Assembly: GCA_951406725.2 (NCBI GenBank)
Contig: OX597815.1
Location: 21,638,001-21,702,000, forward strand
Source: Octopus vulgaris
Taxonomy: Eukaryota
Length of the DNA stretch: 64,000 bases
Reading direction: 5' to 3'
Shown in pieces: positions 1-15,071 of the stretch. Within the stretch, counting starts at the first letter, position 1, and each line of letters starts with the position of its first letter. The notes beneath the pieces were generated by a model. That model had not been told where the DNA came from. It saw only the letters and a program-made list of their open reading frames with translations, and made no database searches. Both the position numbers and the translations under genes were made by a program.

Positions 1-93
1 GACACATTATATCGTGTGTCATATAGCTAGCTAGAGGCGATGGCCTCTTGGAGCTAATGAACAGCAGCTGTCTTCCTATATTTATGGACTGCC

Positions 94-175
94 ATATTAG
101 CTTGGCGATAACTGTTGATATATATATTAGCTTGGCGATAACTGTTGATATATATATTAGCTTGGCGATAACTGT

Positions 176-183
<8 letters not shown>
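94..183. repeat. 30-bp tandem repeat x3 running into (TA)n
   Basis: ATATTAGCTTGGCGATAACTGTTGATATAT occurs three times, then (TA)n to about 209. Confidence 0.9.
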
Positions 184-212
<29 letters not shown>

Positions 213-461
213 TATGTATAAATTAAAAACAATTTTACATTAAAGTCAAAGATTATTCAAGAATTACATTTAGCAGCGTGCAAAATTAATATTCTTCAAC
301 AAGAATAGTATTGACAGTGGTTTCGAAATCTAAGTCAGCTAAGCAATCTTTGACTGTGTTGTATTAAGAATCATCTTGGTTTTATATAGCCTCTGTTAAG
401 TTAGAATTTTGTAGGTTAAACTGATTCTGTTGAGTGATATCCAGGTTGCAAGGTCTTTTAT

Positions 462-534
<73 letters not shown>

Positions 535-959
535 TTTATTTAAAGCAGCAGAAAATTCAACAAAACACACATAATATATGCACACTAACAAATATATATA
601 TATATGCTCATTATTTGCAAAAATTGTTCAGCCCGCAGGGTGGTCTCACCTTTCCCTTAGATAGCTGTTGTCGCTAATATTGCAAACGACTTGATTGCAA
701 TACAAACAATGGTACCAGCGAAATAATGGCGTATCAGGACATGCAATAATGGCGTCGGCTGTAACGGAAATGGTAACAATGATGATGATGATGATGATGA
801 TGATGGTGGCAGAAATGAGAGAATGGTCGTCATTGTGCAATAGGGACTGGACTAACGACAGTTCTGAATTAATGTCTGGCGGGTGACATGGCCGTTAAAC
901 GCCGGTGATGAGCAACGCTTGATCGGTCGGTCGTCGTGAATATTGATGAGAAAGGAGAG

Positions 960-3000
<2,041 letters not shown>

Positions 3001-3419
3001 AAAGGTTTCTAGAGGAAGAGATGGTAAGGCTTAGGGAGCAGACTTAATTCTTCGCCAGGTCTAACACAACCATCTGGTACTTGAGTGACATTAATGGAGT
3101 CCATTCTGTTTACAAAGATTTCGGTCAGGTCTTTGGACTGAGAATAGCTTCCTCCTTTCCTTCCTTTAGTCTCAGAGGCTCATAAAAAGGGTTCGTGAGC
3201 ACTGTTCCCTTCATTTCTGACTAAGTTATTAAACAACAGAGCAGCTCCCTCCAAAAAACAGAAACAAAAGCAGAGAGCAAAGGGAAGGCGGTGGAGACGA
3301 GAACATTAATAACAAAACCTACGAAGAAGAGAGGGATGGAAAATAAAGAATTAATACATGGAATTAAGAAGGAAAAATAGAAAACCGAGGGATAGAAGTG
3401 GCGAGAAAGAGTGAGTGAA

Positions 3420-3801
3420 TGAGAGAGAGAAGAGAAAGAGAAAGAGAGAAATAAAGAGAGTGAAAGAGAAAGGGAGAGGGAACGAGAGGCAGAGAAAGAG
3501 AAAGAGAGATAGAGAAAGAGAGAAAGAGAAGAGAAAGAGAAAGAGAGAAATAAAGAGAGTGAAAGAGAAAGGGAGAGGGAACGAGAGGCAGAGAAAGAGA
3601 AAGAGAGATAGAGAAAGAGAGAAAGAGAAGAGAAAGAGAAAGAGAGAAATAAAGAGAGTGAAAGAGAAAGGGAGAGGGAACGAGAGGCAGAGAAAGAGAA
3701 AGAGAGATAGAGAAAGAGAGATAGAGAAAGAGAGAAAGAGAAGAGAAAGAGAAAGAGAGAAATAAAGAGAGTGAAAGAGAAAGGGAGAGGGAACGAGAGG
3801 C

Positions 3802-3815
<14 letters not shown>
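3420..3815. repeat. 99-bp purine-rich minisatellite, about 4 copies
   Basis: GAAATAAAGAGAGTGAAAGAGAAAGGGAGAGGGAACGAGAGGCAG recurs at about 3448, 3547, 3646 and 3759. Confidence 0.9.
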
Positions 3816-3832
<17 letters not shown>

Positions 3833-3880
3833 AAGAAAGAAAGAAAGAGGGAGAGAGAAAAGGGAGAGAGAAAGAGAGGC

Positions 3881-3925
<45 letters not shown>

Positions 3926-4944
3926 AAAGAGAGAGAAAGAAAGAGAGAGAGAAAGAAAGAGAGAGAGAGAAAGGGAGAGAGAGAGAAGAGAAAAGAGAAA
4001 TAGAGAAGTAGAGGGAGAGAGAAAGAGAGGTAGAGAAAGAGAGATAGAGAAAGGGAGAGAAAGAAAGAGAGAGAGAGAGATGGAGAGAGAGAGAGAGAGA
4101 GAAAAAGAGAAAGAGAGAGAGAGAGGGGGAGGGGAGAGCAGGGAAGGTCTAATTAATGGTGTGCCTATGCGCTGCGTAATTTGTGTGTACGAGTGTGTTG
4201 TGTGCTGTGCGTTATGTATATTATGTATACATTGCGTGTTATGTATTTTGTTTGGTTGTGTACTTGTATGTGTGTTTGTGTTTTATGAACAATAGGATCC
4301 TACAAGAACTCATCAAAAGCAGCAAATGCACTCTATATTAAAAATCCCGTGTAATTTCACTGACAGTGATAGCAGGAAGCTGCTTTGATAGGTCTTGCCG
4401 AATAACAGAATCGTTTTCCTGTAAAAAAAACAAAAAAACAAAAAAAAAACACCCCCCCCCACCCAACAAAAATGAATGAGCTAAAAAGGTTCTTAACTCC
4501 CTGGAATATCTAATAAAATGCTGACTAGAGAAATGTATTGAATATTATTAACGCAAGGTAGTATGCTTGATCGGTCAGCAACAGTGTGTTATTCGATTCT
4601 AACTGAAAGTTGGTCATTTTTAGCTCAGCACAGTCAGTCTTTTTGTAAGTGGAGTAGTATACAAGATTGAATTGACTGAATAGGTTAAAACAAAGGACAG
4701 AAATAATAACAGATGTAGTATTAGTAACGTTAGCATCACAATTTATGGTAGTTGAATATGCATCTGGACCGAGCAGACTTTGCAAATCTTTACGTAAAAA
4801 ACACACGACAACTGTTATTAGATAAAGGCTTGATACATGCGATATGGGCTAGTTATATTAAAATATCCAACACCGTGATGCAATTCACTGCGAGAAAAAC
4901 AGCACGATGATGCAATTCATACCACGATGCAATTCGCGTCGAAA

Positions 4945-5800
4945 GGTCCAATACAAACATTTCAGAGTGTTTGGGTGTCAATCTGAGGACAGTGCAGAGG
5001 ATTCGGAAAGAGTTGGATGAGTCTAATGGTGGTTAAGAAAGTAAGGCAGCTCGGAAAACTCACTCTGATCGTTCTGATAAGAAAAGAACTCCTGAATTTG
5101 TTGGTGAGATCCAGACCATGAATGACAACGATCCCTCCAAGTCAATCAGGTCCATTGCCAGGGACATGGGAGTGTCTGAGTTGCATATCAGGCAGGTATT
5201 GCATGAAGACATTCGGTATTCGTCATACAAGATGAGAAAGGGCGAATTTTTATCCCAAGCCTTCAAGAACAAGAAGAAAGACCGCGCTACGAAGCTTTTG
5301 AACAAACTCAAGCATCCTCTCCAACCGAACATGCTTCGGTTTTTCTCATATGAGAAAAATTTCTGCCAGGATGAGATGGTGAACACACAGAACAACTGTT
5401 GGCTTGTCGTGTCCCCAAAACATGTACAGAGAGTGATAAAAATCAAACATCCAGTCAACATCATGATATTTGGAATGATTACTAGTGATAGCGACGTTAT
5501 ATCACCATTCATCTTCCCACACGGCCTCAGACTTGACACGGAGGCCTACATCAAGTGCCTGGAAGATGTAGTGCTGCCCTGGGTCAAGAGGGTGGCTAAT
5601 AGAAGACCCTAGCAACAGGAATCTGCACCGTACTACGCAAGAAGAACAATCCAGACAATTTCTGTGACCACGTCACCCCTAACATCTGGCCACCTAACTC
5701 CCTAGACTCCAACTCCCTTGATTATTATGTGTGGGGTGCAGTTGAGCGAGAGACTAAAAAAATTCCTTGTAACACCAAAGATGAACTGAAAGTAAGTTCA
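4945..5800 (+). pseudogene. Tc1/mariner-superfamily (maT-like) transposase remnant
   Basis: ORF 5118-5612 has an HTH-like SIRSIARDMGVSE and FFSYEKNF (the first-D region). After a stop and frameshift it continues WPPNSLDSNSLDYYVWGAVE. Confidence 0.9.
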
Positions 5801-6094
5801 TGACAAGTTGTGGAAATTCCACAATTACAGCCAACGAATCTAGTCAACGCACAAGACAGCCAGTATGCCCCCTCCACCCACAAAACACCACCACGTGGAC
5901 TCTGTTGAGACTAGTAAGAAACAATTATGAACTTTTTTTATTACCCTTAACTTTTAAAAATATTTTTGATAAGGTTCGTTTTTTCAAGAAGAACCGAAAC
6001 ATGTAAAATCTCTAAGAAAATTAAAATGTATCTTGCGGCGTTTTCAAAAGTCTTTTATTTATAAATATATACCCACTCGTATACCACCTACACT

Positions 6095-6150
<56 letters not shown>

Positions 6151-7122
6151 ATAGCTATATATGTATGAATGTGCTTATGTATTTAAACATATTTCTAAGC
6201 ATTTTATAGATAAGGAATCATACTTTATCGTTAATTATTCTCGTATATCAATATATATAGTTTTTGTCTCATTCTCTTCAAAGAAATGTCCAAAATACCT
6301 TCGGCATAATAATACTCGTGCTTATCTCGTCGTCTTCCGACTCCATCCAAAGCCATTTTACGTTTTGTTTTAGTTGCAGGCCATTTCCTTTTATTTTTAG
6401 CCTCATTTCCTCCATTTTATCACTCATTTTATCTTTCTTACCTAATCACTTGCGCTAGGTTAACTTTCTTCTTTCGTTTAATGATATATACGGGAAGACA
6501 TGCATGGCTGATTATTTTCTAAATTATTCCATTGTCTCGTAAGTTTTCAGAAGGTAAGATGCAACATGTAACGCAGCCATTCATCTATCATCAGAACAAT
6601 CGAAACGCATAAATGCGTGGAAAACTGCTTCGGTCTTGCCTAATCTGTTACGTAAGGGGAATTTGGTAGGCGTAAACTGTGAGACACCTCAAGGTGTGTA
6701 CGTGTGTGGTGTTGTGTGATAGTGGTGGTGTATATGTGTGTGGGTGCACGTGCATGTGTGTGCGTGTTTGTGTATATATTATAAATGTATGTATACATGT
6801 ATATATGTGTGTGTGTTTCATTACAGTGCATATTTATGCGTATGTGTTTGTGTACATACATACACACACTCATACATGCATACATACATGCATATATCCC
6901 ACAGTATCGAGATCGTTGCTTGATATTGTATATATATACATACATATATACATACATTTGCATCATTGTCGCTATATCTGCTCATCCGGATTCCTCCTTT
7001 ATCCACTCTTTACTCCGTGGATTTCGTCTTCTGTAAAGGTTTCGGAGTGTAAGTTCAAATCCTTTGAGCACTATATCGAGAATCACTGGATTTCAGTTAT
7101 TGACTCTATACATACATATATA

Positions 7123-7353
7123 TATTGCTTTATTGCCCACAAGGGGCTAAACATAGAGGGGACGAACAAGGACAGACAAACGGATTAAATCGATTACATC
7201 GACTCCAATGCGTAACTGGTACTTAATTTATCGACCCCGAAAGGATGAAAGGCAAAGTCGACCTCGGCGGAATTTGAACTCAGAACGTAACGACAGACGA
7301 AATACCGCTAAGCATTTCGCCCGGCGCGCTAACGAGTCTGCCAACGCCGCCTT
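7123..7353 (-). mobile_element. SINE family A (local label; tRNA-like head, about 230 bp)
   Basis: Matches many copies in the window: GGCGGCG...GAGTTCAAATTCCGCCGAGGTCGACTTTGCCTTTCATCCTTTCGGGGTCGAT...CCCCTTGTGGG. Confidence 0.92.
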
Positions 7354-7398
7354 TCTATACATACATATATACATGCATGCATGCATACATACATACAT

Positions 7399-7436
<38 letters not shown>

Positions 7437-7854
7437 GTACGCACGCACCCACACACATACACTCACGTTTCACGTGATTTCGGATTCTGTTCAACTGCGT
7501 GGTACCTTGAGCAAGTGTCTTCTGCTATAGCTTGGGTCGACGCCAATGGTTTCAATTGGATGTGTGTCGACGTATGTGTGTGTCGACGTATGTGTGTGTC
7601 GACGTATGTGTGTGTGTGTGTGTGTGTGTGTATGAGTGTATTATATTGAGTGTTGCACAAATACATAAACTCACATCGTATCATCTTATATAAACAGTAT
7701 CAAAATATCTATCAACCAATATATATTTATGTTTATAAAGCAATATGAGTTAACTTATTGTGGATTTTCGTTGGTTTCTCAATCACGCACTTTGCGTATT
7801 TTTGAAACAGCTATTCAACGATAACATCAAACAAAATTGCATAAAAGTGCAAGC

Positions 7855-8072
7855 CCAGGCTCATGGGCCCGGTCTCCCGGTTTCAATGGCGTATGTGTTC
7901 CTCGGCTGGACGGGATGCCTGTCCATCGCAGCGTTGCCAGCTGAGTGGACTGGAGCAACGTGAAATGAAGTGTTTTACTCAAGAACACAACGCGTCGCCC
8001 GGTCCAGGAATCGAAACCACAATCTTACGATCATGATGCTGACACCCTAACCACTAAGCCACGCGCCTCCAC
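7855..8072 (-). mobile_element. tRNA-derived SINE, group C, with V-domain-like segment and TSD
   Basis: A box TGGCTTAGTGG, B box GGTTTCGATTCC and GCGATGGACAGGCATCCCGTCCAG. 12-bp TSD AAAAGTGCAAGC at 7843-7854 and 8073-8084. Confidence 0.88.
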
Positions 8073-8424
8073 AAAAGTGCAAGCATAAAGAATAATATAA
8101 ACAATACAGTAAAACTGCAAAATCCCCGCAACCAAAGTTAAAGAACGAACCGAAGATTTAACTAAACGTCGTACAATTATAAACATTAAGGACCAGAAAG
8201 AAAATTTTGGGTCTAACTGTAAATGTAGGATAATTTGCTCAAAAAAGAAAACGAGGCTGGTCTAGTAAGTATAAAAATCTAAACAGCATTAACAAAACTA
8301 TAAAAGTTACAAACTTACATCACTAGATTGATAGCAGTGACATAAATAACTACTGAAAAAGGTAACCAACAGCTTTTCTTCGTTGACTACCTTAAAATAA
8401 TAAAAGGGTGAAGACCACACTTCG

Positions 8425-8746
8425 TTCATAAATGACCATGGGGGTTGCTCCTAGAAAGTTCCACTCCGAGGCACAAGTCCGGGCAAGGTTCTTTATGGAA
8501 GACTAGCAGTCGCCCATACATACCAGTCTCCCCTCTCCACGCCACCGATGTTATCCAAGGGAAAGGCAAAGGCCGATACAGCTTGGCACCAGTGACATCG
8601 CCAGTCATTTCTACAGCTGAGTGAACAGGAGCAAAGTGAAATAAAGTGTCTTGCTCAAGAACACAACACGCAGTCCGGTCTGGGATTCGAACTCACAACC
8701 TCACGATCGTAAGCTCGACGCTCTAACCACTGGGCCATGCGCCTTC
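8425..8746 (-). mobile_element. tRNA-derived SINE, group C
   Basis: A box TGGCCCAGTGG and B box GAGTTCGAATCC; homologous to 31532-31870. Confidence 0.9.
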
Positions 8747-8817
8747 ACACACACACACACGCACACATACACACATACATATATATATATATACAGTATA
8801 TATATATATACAGTATA

Positions 8818-9175
8818 TCTATATATATAAAACTGTAGTTGTGTGAGTGTCTGTCTCCTACGATTTAGATTCCTAACTCCTCCCACATTTTGCGGTGCAG
8901 TTTAACCAAATTCGGGTATCTTATAGTCGTGATTAATATCGAGCCCGTCTGGCTATTAGCGCGCGTCTACGATGAGTCTACGATTTTAAAAATAATTTAA
9001 CATCATTTTTTATTCCATTTTAATGCATAATTTTTCGTGTGTCGATGGCGGCGGAGTTGGCGTCCACGCTCAAACACCTGCACCTGTGTTTGCTTCTCCC
9101 CCTTCTTCCCTCCCTCGTGAAGCTGTGAAGCTGTGGGGAAGGGAGTTTAAGGAAATCAACGTCGTAATGCGTTGT
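8818..9175 (+). mobile_element. Non-autonomous Helitron-like 5' fragment
   Basis: Starts A|TCTATATATATAAAA, like 24219 and 35725; no CTAG 3' end found. Confidence 0.55.
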
Positions 9176-9493
9176 CAGTCCCACTGCGTGGCACCTTGGG
9201 CAAGTGTCTTCAACTATAGCCTCAGGCCGACCAAAGCCTTACAAATGAATAAGTTGCTCGATTAAAGGCGGTGCTCCTACATGGCCGCAGTCAAATGACT
9301 GAAACAAGTAAAAGGGTAAAAGAGTAATATATACGACGGGCTTCTTTCAGTTTCCGTCTACCAAATCCACTCACAAGGCTTTGATCTGCCCGAGGCTATA
9401 GTAGAAGACACGTCCCCAAGGTGCTACAGTGAGACTGTACCCGGAACCGTGTGGTTGGTAAGCAAGCTACTTACCACACAGCCACTCCTGCGC
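9175..9493. mobile_element. Two partial SINE family B copies in inverted orientation (+ 9175-9325, - 9328-9493)
   Basis: Homology to the full family B copies at 11602 and 50696. Confidence 0.85.
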
Positions 9494-9624
9494 CATTCAT
9501 AAAGCATAGCAAATACTGTATTCTGAAAAGTAGCTGCCATCTTTTTCTAGGCCAGAAAAGATTGCAGCTCTGAACAACTGCTGAACCTCTTCAAAGCTCA
9601 AACGACCGATATACATAATATATT

Positions 9625-9847
9625 TATTTACTGCCCACAAGGGGCTAAACATAGAGGGGACAAAAAAGGACAGACGAAGGGATTGAGTCGATTATATCGC
9701 CCCCAGTGCGAAACTGGTACTTTATTTATCGACCCCGAAAGGATGAAAGGCAAAGTTGACCTCGGCAGAATTTGAACTCAAAACGTAACGACAGACGAAA
9801 TGCCGCTAAGTATTTCGCCCGGCGAGCTAACGTGTCTGCCAGCTCGC
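9625..9847 (-). mobile_element. SINE family A
   Basis: Homology to family A. Confidence 0.9.
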
Positions 9848-10217
9848 ACAGACACACACACACACATGCTATTGCATCCAAAAGAAAGCTACCAGTCCGA
9901 ATGGGAAGGACCCACTAGAACGCCACGACCTCTCAGCCAGATTTGACGTTAGCCATTCTCTGGCAGCTATCTTGAATTAGTCATACATGCGATTTGCCAG
10001 TCTCTCTCTCACTCTCGCCACCCATATCGCGTGTCGCCTTTTGGGCTTATCACCATATTCTCCTTAAACACAAGTTTCAGCGGATCAAATCGAACGTCAT
10101 TTAAATAAGCATTAAAAATCTTACAACGCTGTAGGAGACTATTAAATTCATTCTCTTTTCCGTCAATTAAAATCTTAAAAATTTTAACACTGACAACTAT
10201 TAAAATAAACAAATAAC

Positions 10218-10309
<92 letters not shown>

Positions 10310-10333
10310 GCTTATGTATCTGCTTATGTACCT

Positions 10334-10544
10334 TAGCACGCCGGGCGAAATGCGTAGCCGTATTTCGTCTGCCGTTAAGTGTTCTGGGTTCAAATTCCGC
10401 CGAGGTCGACTTTGCCTTTCATCCTTTCGGGGTCGATAAATTAAGTACCAGTTACGCACTGGGGTCGATGTAATCGACTTAATCCGTTTGTCTGTCCTTG
10501 TTTGTCCCCTCTGTGTTTAGCCCTTTGTGGGCAGTAAAGAAATA
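10334..10544 (+). mobile_element. SINE family A, 5'-truncated
   Basis: Homology to family A; follows (TATC)n at 10219-10308. Confidence 0.9.
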
Positions 10545-11601
10545 TATGCTTATGTATTTGCTTTGTGAGTCTCCTCTATTAACAAATCTTAAAACCTTTT
10601 TATTCTACTTTCCCTTTAGCTGTTTATTATTATGTGAAAACTATTTTTTTCTGTTTCTATCTACGGCAGCATGTACGATTTACCCTAACGTACATACATT
10701 GAGATATATAACATCACAAGCAATACAAACAGTATGTACATGAAATAACCATAGCAAATTGCCGAACAATTAATTAATTACAATGTGGTAGATAAAGATA
10801 GTAAGGGAGCAGAAAGTGAAAGTGAGGGAGGAAGGAAAAGGACGAAGGGAAAGAAGCACTGAAGACAACGAACTCATTCAATGCGAATTGAACCAGAAAG
10901 AAGGCGTAAGACGGAAGGAAACAGAGATGCAGTGAGAAAAGAATGGCAGATAATAATATATACACGATATAAATAAATAGACAGACTGAGAGAGAGGGAT
11001 AGAGAGAGAGGGAGAGGGAGGGAGGAGAGAGAGGCGGGTAGATATACAAAATAGTGAAGGAAGAGTAAGAAAAGATGTTTATCAGCAGCAAGCAGTGAGT
11101 GGAATGATGATGACAACAGACTTTTTTTTATTATTCTCTCACAAACAATTAATTATTTATGATGAATGGCAAAAAGGCTGTAACTGATGTCGCTAAAAGA
11201 GTAATCGCTCCTGAACTCAATAGATTGCAAAAGAAATTGCTGTCGCTGGTGTATCAAGACGGGGTAAATTGACGGGAAGTAGGCTAAAAATCTGATGCGA
11301 AAAAGGGCTGTAAGTGGTGGCGGAGTTTATATATTTATATATGAAGATGAAGGGAATGTGATTCAGAGAATAAGGGCGATGTTTGTGAGGTTTTTAAGGA
11401 AGAATGAACGAAAGAAAGAAAGAAAGAAATGGTGTTGGTAGGTGGTAGGCAGATGAACAAAAGCAAATAGAATTAAAAAATAAACAGGTGGCTGAACAGA
11501 AAACAAAATGGCCAAAGGGAATTTTCTTTTTAAATGAAAATAAAGAATGCAATAATAAATAAATGAAAATAAATAAATAAATATAAAATTAGTAAAATAT
11601 A

Positions 11602-12000
11602 TAGGCGTAGGAGTGGCTGTGTGGTAAGTAGCTTGCTTACGAATCACATGGTTCCGGGTTCAGTCCCACTGCGTGGCATGTTGGGCAAGTAAGTGTCTTC
11701 TCCTATAGCCTCGGGCCAACCAAAGCCTTGTGAGTGGATTTGGTAGACGGAAACTGAAAGAAGCCCGTCGTATATATGTATATATATGTGTGTGTATGTG
11801 TTTGTGTGATTGTCCCCCTAGCATTGCTTGACAACCGATGCTGGTGTGTTTACGTCCCCGTCACTTAGCGGTTCAGCAAAACAGACCGATAGAATAAGTA
11901 CTGGGCTTACAAAGAATAAGTCCCGGGGTCGATTTGCTCGACTAAAGGCGGTGCTCTAGCATGGCCGCAGTCAAATGACTGAAACAAGTAAAAGAGTAAA
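11602..12000 (+). mobile_element. SINE family B (tRNA-derived, about 400 bp, internal TA/TG microsatellite)
   Basis: A box TGGCTGTGTGG, B box GGTTCAGTCC and tail ...GACTGAAACAAGTAAAAGAG. Confidence 0.92.
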
Positions 12001-12020
12001 TATAAAATTACTAAATATAT

Positions 12021-12365
12021 AGGCATAGGAGTGGCTGTGTGGTAAGTAGCTTGCTTACGAATCACATGGTTCCGGGTTCAGTCCCACTGCGTGGTACCTT
12101 GAGCAAGTGTCTTCTACTATAGCCTCGGGCCGACCAAAGCCTTGTGAGTGGATTTGGTAGACGGAAACTGAAAGAAGCCCGTCGTATATATGTATATATA
12201 TATATGTATGTGTGTGTATATGTTTGTTTGTCTGTGTTTGTCCCTCCCAGCATCGCCTGACAACCGATGTTGGTGTGTTTACGACCGCGTAACTTAGCGG
12301 TTCGGCAAAGGGACCGATAGAATAAGTACTAGGCTTACAAACAATAAGTCCTTGGGTCGATTAAG
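12021..12365 (+). mobile_element. SINE family B, 3'-truncated, directly after the previous copy
   Basis: Homology to family B. Confidence 0.9.
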
Positions 12366-12469
12366 GGCTCAAGACACTGAGGACAATAATAAAAGGGCGA
12401 AATACAACACAGAAAACAAAACGAAACTAATAGTAACAACAACAATAATGGTGGAGATAATTAATTTCT

Positions 12470-12696
12470 CATTTTTTAGGCACAAGACCAGCAATTTTTT
12501 GACGGGAGGGGATAGTCGATTACCTCGACTCCAGTGCTCAAAATGGAACTTCTTTTCATCGATTTTATTGAACCCGAAAGGATGAAAGGTAAAAGTCGAT
12601 CTCGGCAGGTATTTGAAGCCAGAACGTAAAGACGGAAAAAATGTTGATAGGCATTTTTTGTTTGGATTGCTAACGATTCTACCAGCTAGCCGCCTT
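12470..12696 (-). mobile_element. Diverged SINE family A variant with an alternative tail
   Basis: CCCGAAAGGATGAAAGGTAAAAGTCGATCTCGGC core. Confidence 0.75.
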
Positions 12697-12706
12697 AATA
12701 ATGATA

Positions 12707-12767
<61 letters not shown>

Positions 12768-12987
12768 TAATAATAATAATAATAATATTAATGATAGTAA
12801 TAAATGCCCGGATGCAGTACCAGGCAGTGGCTCTCGTGGCTTCTTATCTTAACTGATTGGAAGTGTTATCATGTACATTGTTTTTTTTTTTGTCTTGGTA
12901 TAAAAGATGGGCTACAGCAAATATTCTGCTCAATACCGCTGATTTGCTTGTCAGTTGGTTGACCTTACCCAATTGAGCATGTCCCTT
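12697..12987. repeat. (AAT)n microsatellite abutting a probable interspersed-repeat end (12803-12987)
   Basis: The (AAT)n tract at 12697-12802 is seen directly. The identity of the adjacent segment, possibly a non-LTR element end, is inference. Confidence 0.45.
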
Positions 12988-13299
12988 CTAGTCGAGTAGC
13001 CCATCCCGCTCAAAAGATCTCTGAATAAGGATTGTTTAAGGACGTTGAACGAACCACCCATATTTCCAAAAGTGAATTATCCAAACCTCCAAGAATTCCT
13101 TTCTGTTTTCTGTTTTTTTGGTGTGTATGTTGGAGAGAGGCATGATGTTTTTGTGTTTTATTTTTAGTTCTTTTGCTTTTTGGAGTTCTCCTCATTTTCA
13201 CTTCGTGATGCAGAGATATCAGTATCTATGAAATCTTGGTGAGAGTCTATTTGTGTGTTTGAGTTTAGAGGAGACGGAGAGAGAAAGAAGGAGAGAGAA

Positions 13300-14000
13300 A
13301 GAGAGCTTCGCTGGTAAAGCCCCTAGGTGTCTTTTTGTGTCTGTATTTTTCTTTCTGCTCTTGAAGGCGGTGGTGCTGCATCTGCTACTGCTGTTGCCTT
13401 TGCTGGTGTTGTTCCAATAGTTGCTAATTTTGCTCTTCCTATTGCTGATGTTGTTGCTTCTGGGGTTGGTGCCGATTTTGTTGTGGCTTTTGGGGGACTT
13501 GGTGTTGGCAGTATCAGGATCTTGTGGTACTCTCTCTTCTGTCGAGGGCAGAAAATCTCAAGTGACCAGTCTTCCTACACAAGTAGCAGGCCTTCTGCCC
13601 TTAACTGTAACAGGCAGCCTCCCCTCACCTTCTGGAAGGGGAGGTCTGAGATCTTGTGGATGAGGTCTGGGATCTTGTAGAGCAGCACCTCCACACAGAT
13701 CCCAGATCAGTTTTCACAACGAGTCCACTTCACTTTCAGGAGGCTGTTACTTCCTACCAAGACGATGCATGCTAAAAGCCACCATATATTCACCTCAGGT
13801 GGAATCTTCACTGTTATCGTCCTGTTTCCTAAATATGATGGATGGGGAACATATTTATCGTACCGACATGGAACCACGGAGTCTTTGACGGCCAGAGCTT
13901 CATTCTTGGAGAGCACTGAAGTGCCTGCAAATTGCTTGGCCCTCGAGATATACTGTATGTCAGACATTATTGCTTTTAGCGCTCCTTCTAACTATGTCTG
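13300..14000 (-). pseudogene. L1/Tx1-clade LINE ORF1 (gag-like) remnant with CCHC zinc knuckle
   Basis: The minus strand at 13620-13540 reads RLPVTVKGRRP / CYLCRKTGHLRF / CPRQK across two frameshifts, followed by a Pro/Ala/Thr-rich tail. Confidence 0.75.
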
Positions 14001-14867
14001 ACTCGCTGTCTTCAGCCATTTTGTGTTTATGGAATCATATTTATATTTACTGTTTTTTATTGCGTATTTCTGTCAACACTTCGTGGGGACGGCTTTGTCA
14101 GCGCGTTATTTTTCGAGTTTGATTAGTTTGGCCGCTTCGGTTAGACATATCTTTTTTAGGATTTCTACACCATATAGTTCAATACCTTTAGCAGCCGTCG
14201 CTGCGAATAAATTATTTTTGTTATTGTTGTTCATGTTGTTACTGTTATTTGAGTTTCCGTGGTTACTGTTGAATTGTTTTTCCTTCTGTCATTTACTTTG
14301 TTGTTGCAGTGGTGGTGATAGTGGTGATGGTGGTGGTGGTGGTAGCAATGTTCATAGTAGTGTTGTTGTCGCTGTTGGGTGTTGACTGTGGTGATGCCGT
14401 TTTTATTGGTGGAGCAGTTTCATTGATAGAATCAAATTCTCATGCTGCATTGTCGTTGTTGCTGTTGTTGTTGTTGTTGCTACTACAGCTGTTTCTCGTC
14501 ATTGTGGTAGGGTGGACTTTGAATTTGATGAGTGTTTATCTCCCCTTCCATTTGAGGGTTGAAGGCAGAGGACTCGGACGTGTGTTGCAACTCTCTATCA
14601 GAGCTACCTCTGACTTCCTCATCCATGTAACAGTGCAGGGCGGACGTTGCTCTTTTTGTTTTTAAAATAGTTTTTTTTTCCCAAAAGAAAATGAGAATTT
14701 CCTTTCCGAATTTGAGTTCCCAAAGGGTCACAAACAAATCAACCAATTTCATAAGGTTTTGGTGGCTTCAACAAACGTGTTGTAACAAGATTAAACAATT
14801 AACAACTTTTGAAGACACAAATTAGCAGATAAACTTACGAGCGAAGCGACGCACAACCCACCAGTAC

Positions 14868-15001
14868 GAATGATGATGATGACGATGACGATGACGATGA
14901 TGATGATGATGAGGATGATGATGAGGATGATGATGACGATGATGATGATGACGATGACGATGATGACGATGATGACGATGATGATGATGATAATAATGAT
15001 G

Positions 15002-15052
<51 letters not shown>

Positions 15053-15070
15053 GTAACAATAATAATAGTA
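14868..15070. repeat. Compound trinucleotide microsatellite, (GAT/GAC/GAG)n then (TAA)n
   Basis: Direct reading. Confidence 0.95.
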
Positions 15071-15071
15071 A

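Noticed and set aside
94-183. 30-bp direct repeats as a possible CRISPR array
   Set aside because: The repeats are contiguous with no unique spacers, the context is eukaryotic, and there are no cas genes.
7208-7477. Recurrent ORF MRNWYLIYRPRKDERQSRPRRNLNSER (also 32664, 41161, 50342)
   Set aside because: Antisense reading of SINE family A, not a gene family.
12810-12830. Resemblance of CCTGGTACTGCA to the U2 snRNA 3' stem-loop
   Set aside because: The match is about 12 nt only, with no U2 5' region, branch-pairing sequence or Sm site.
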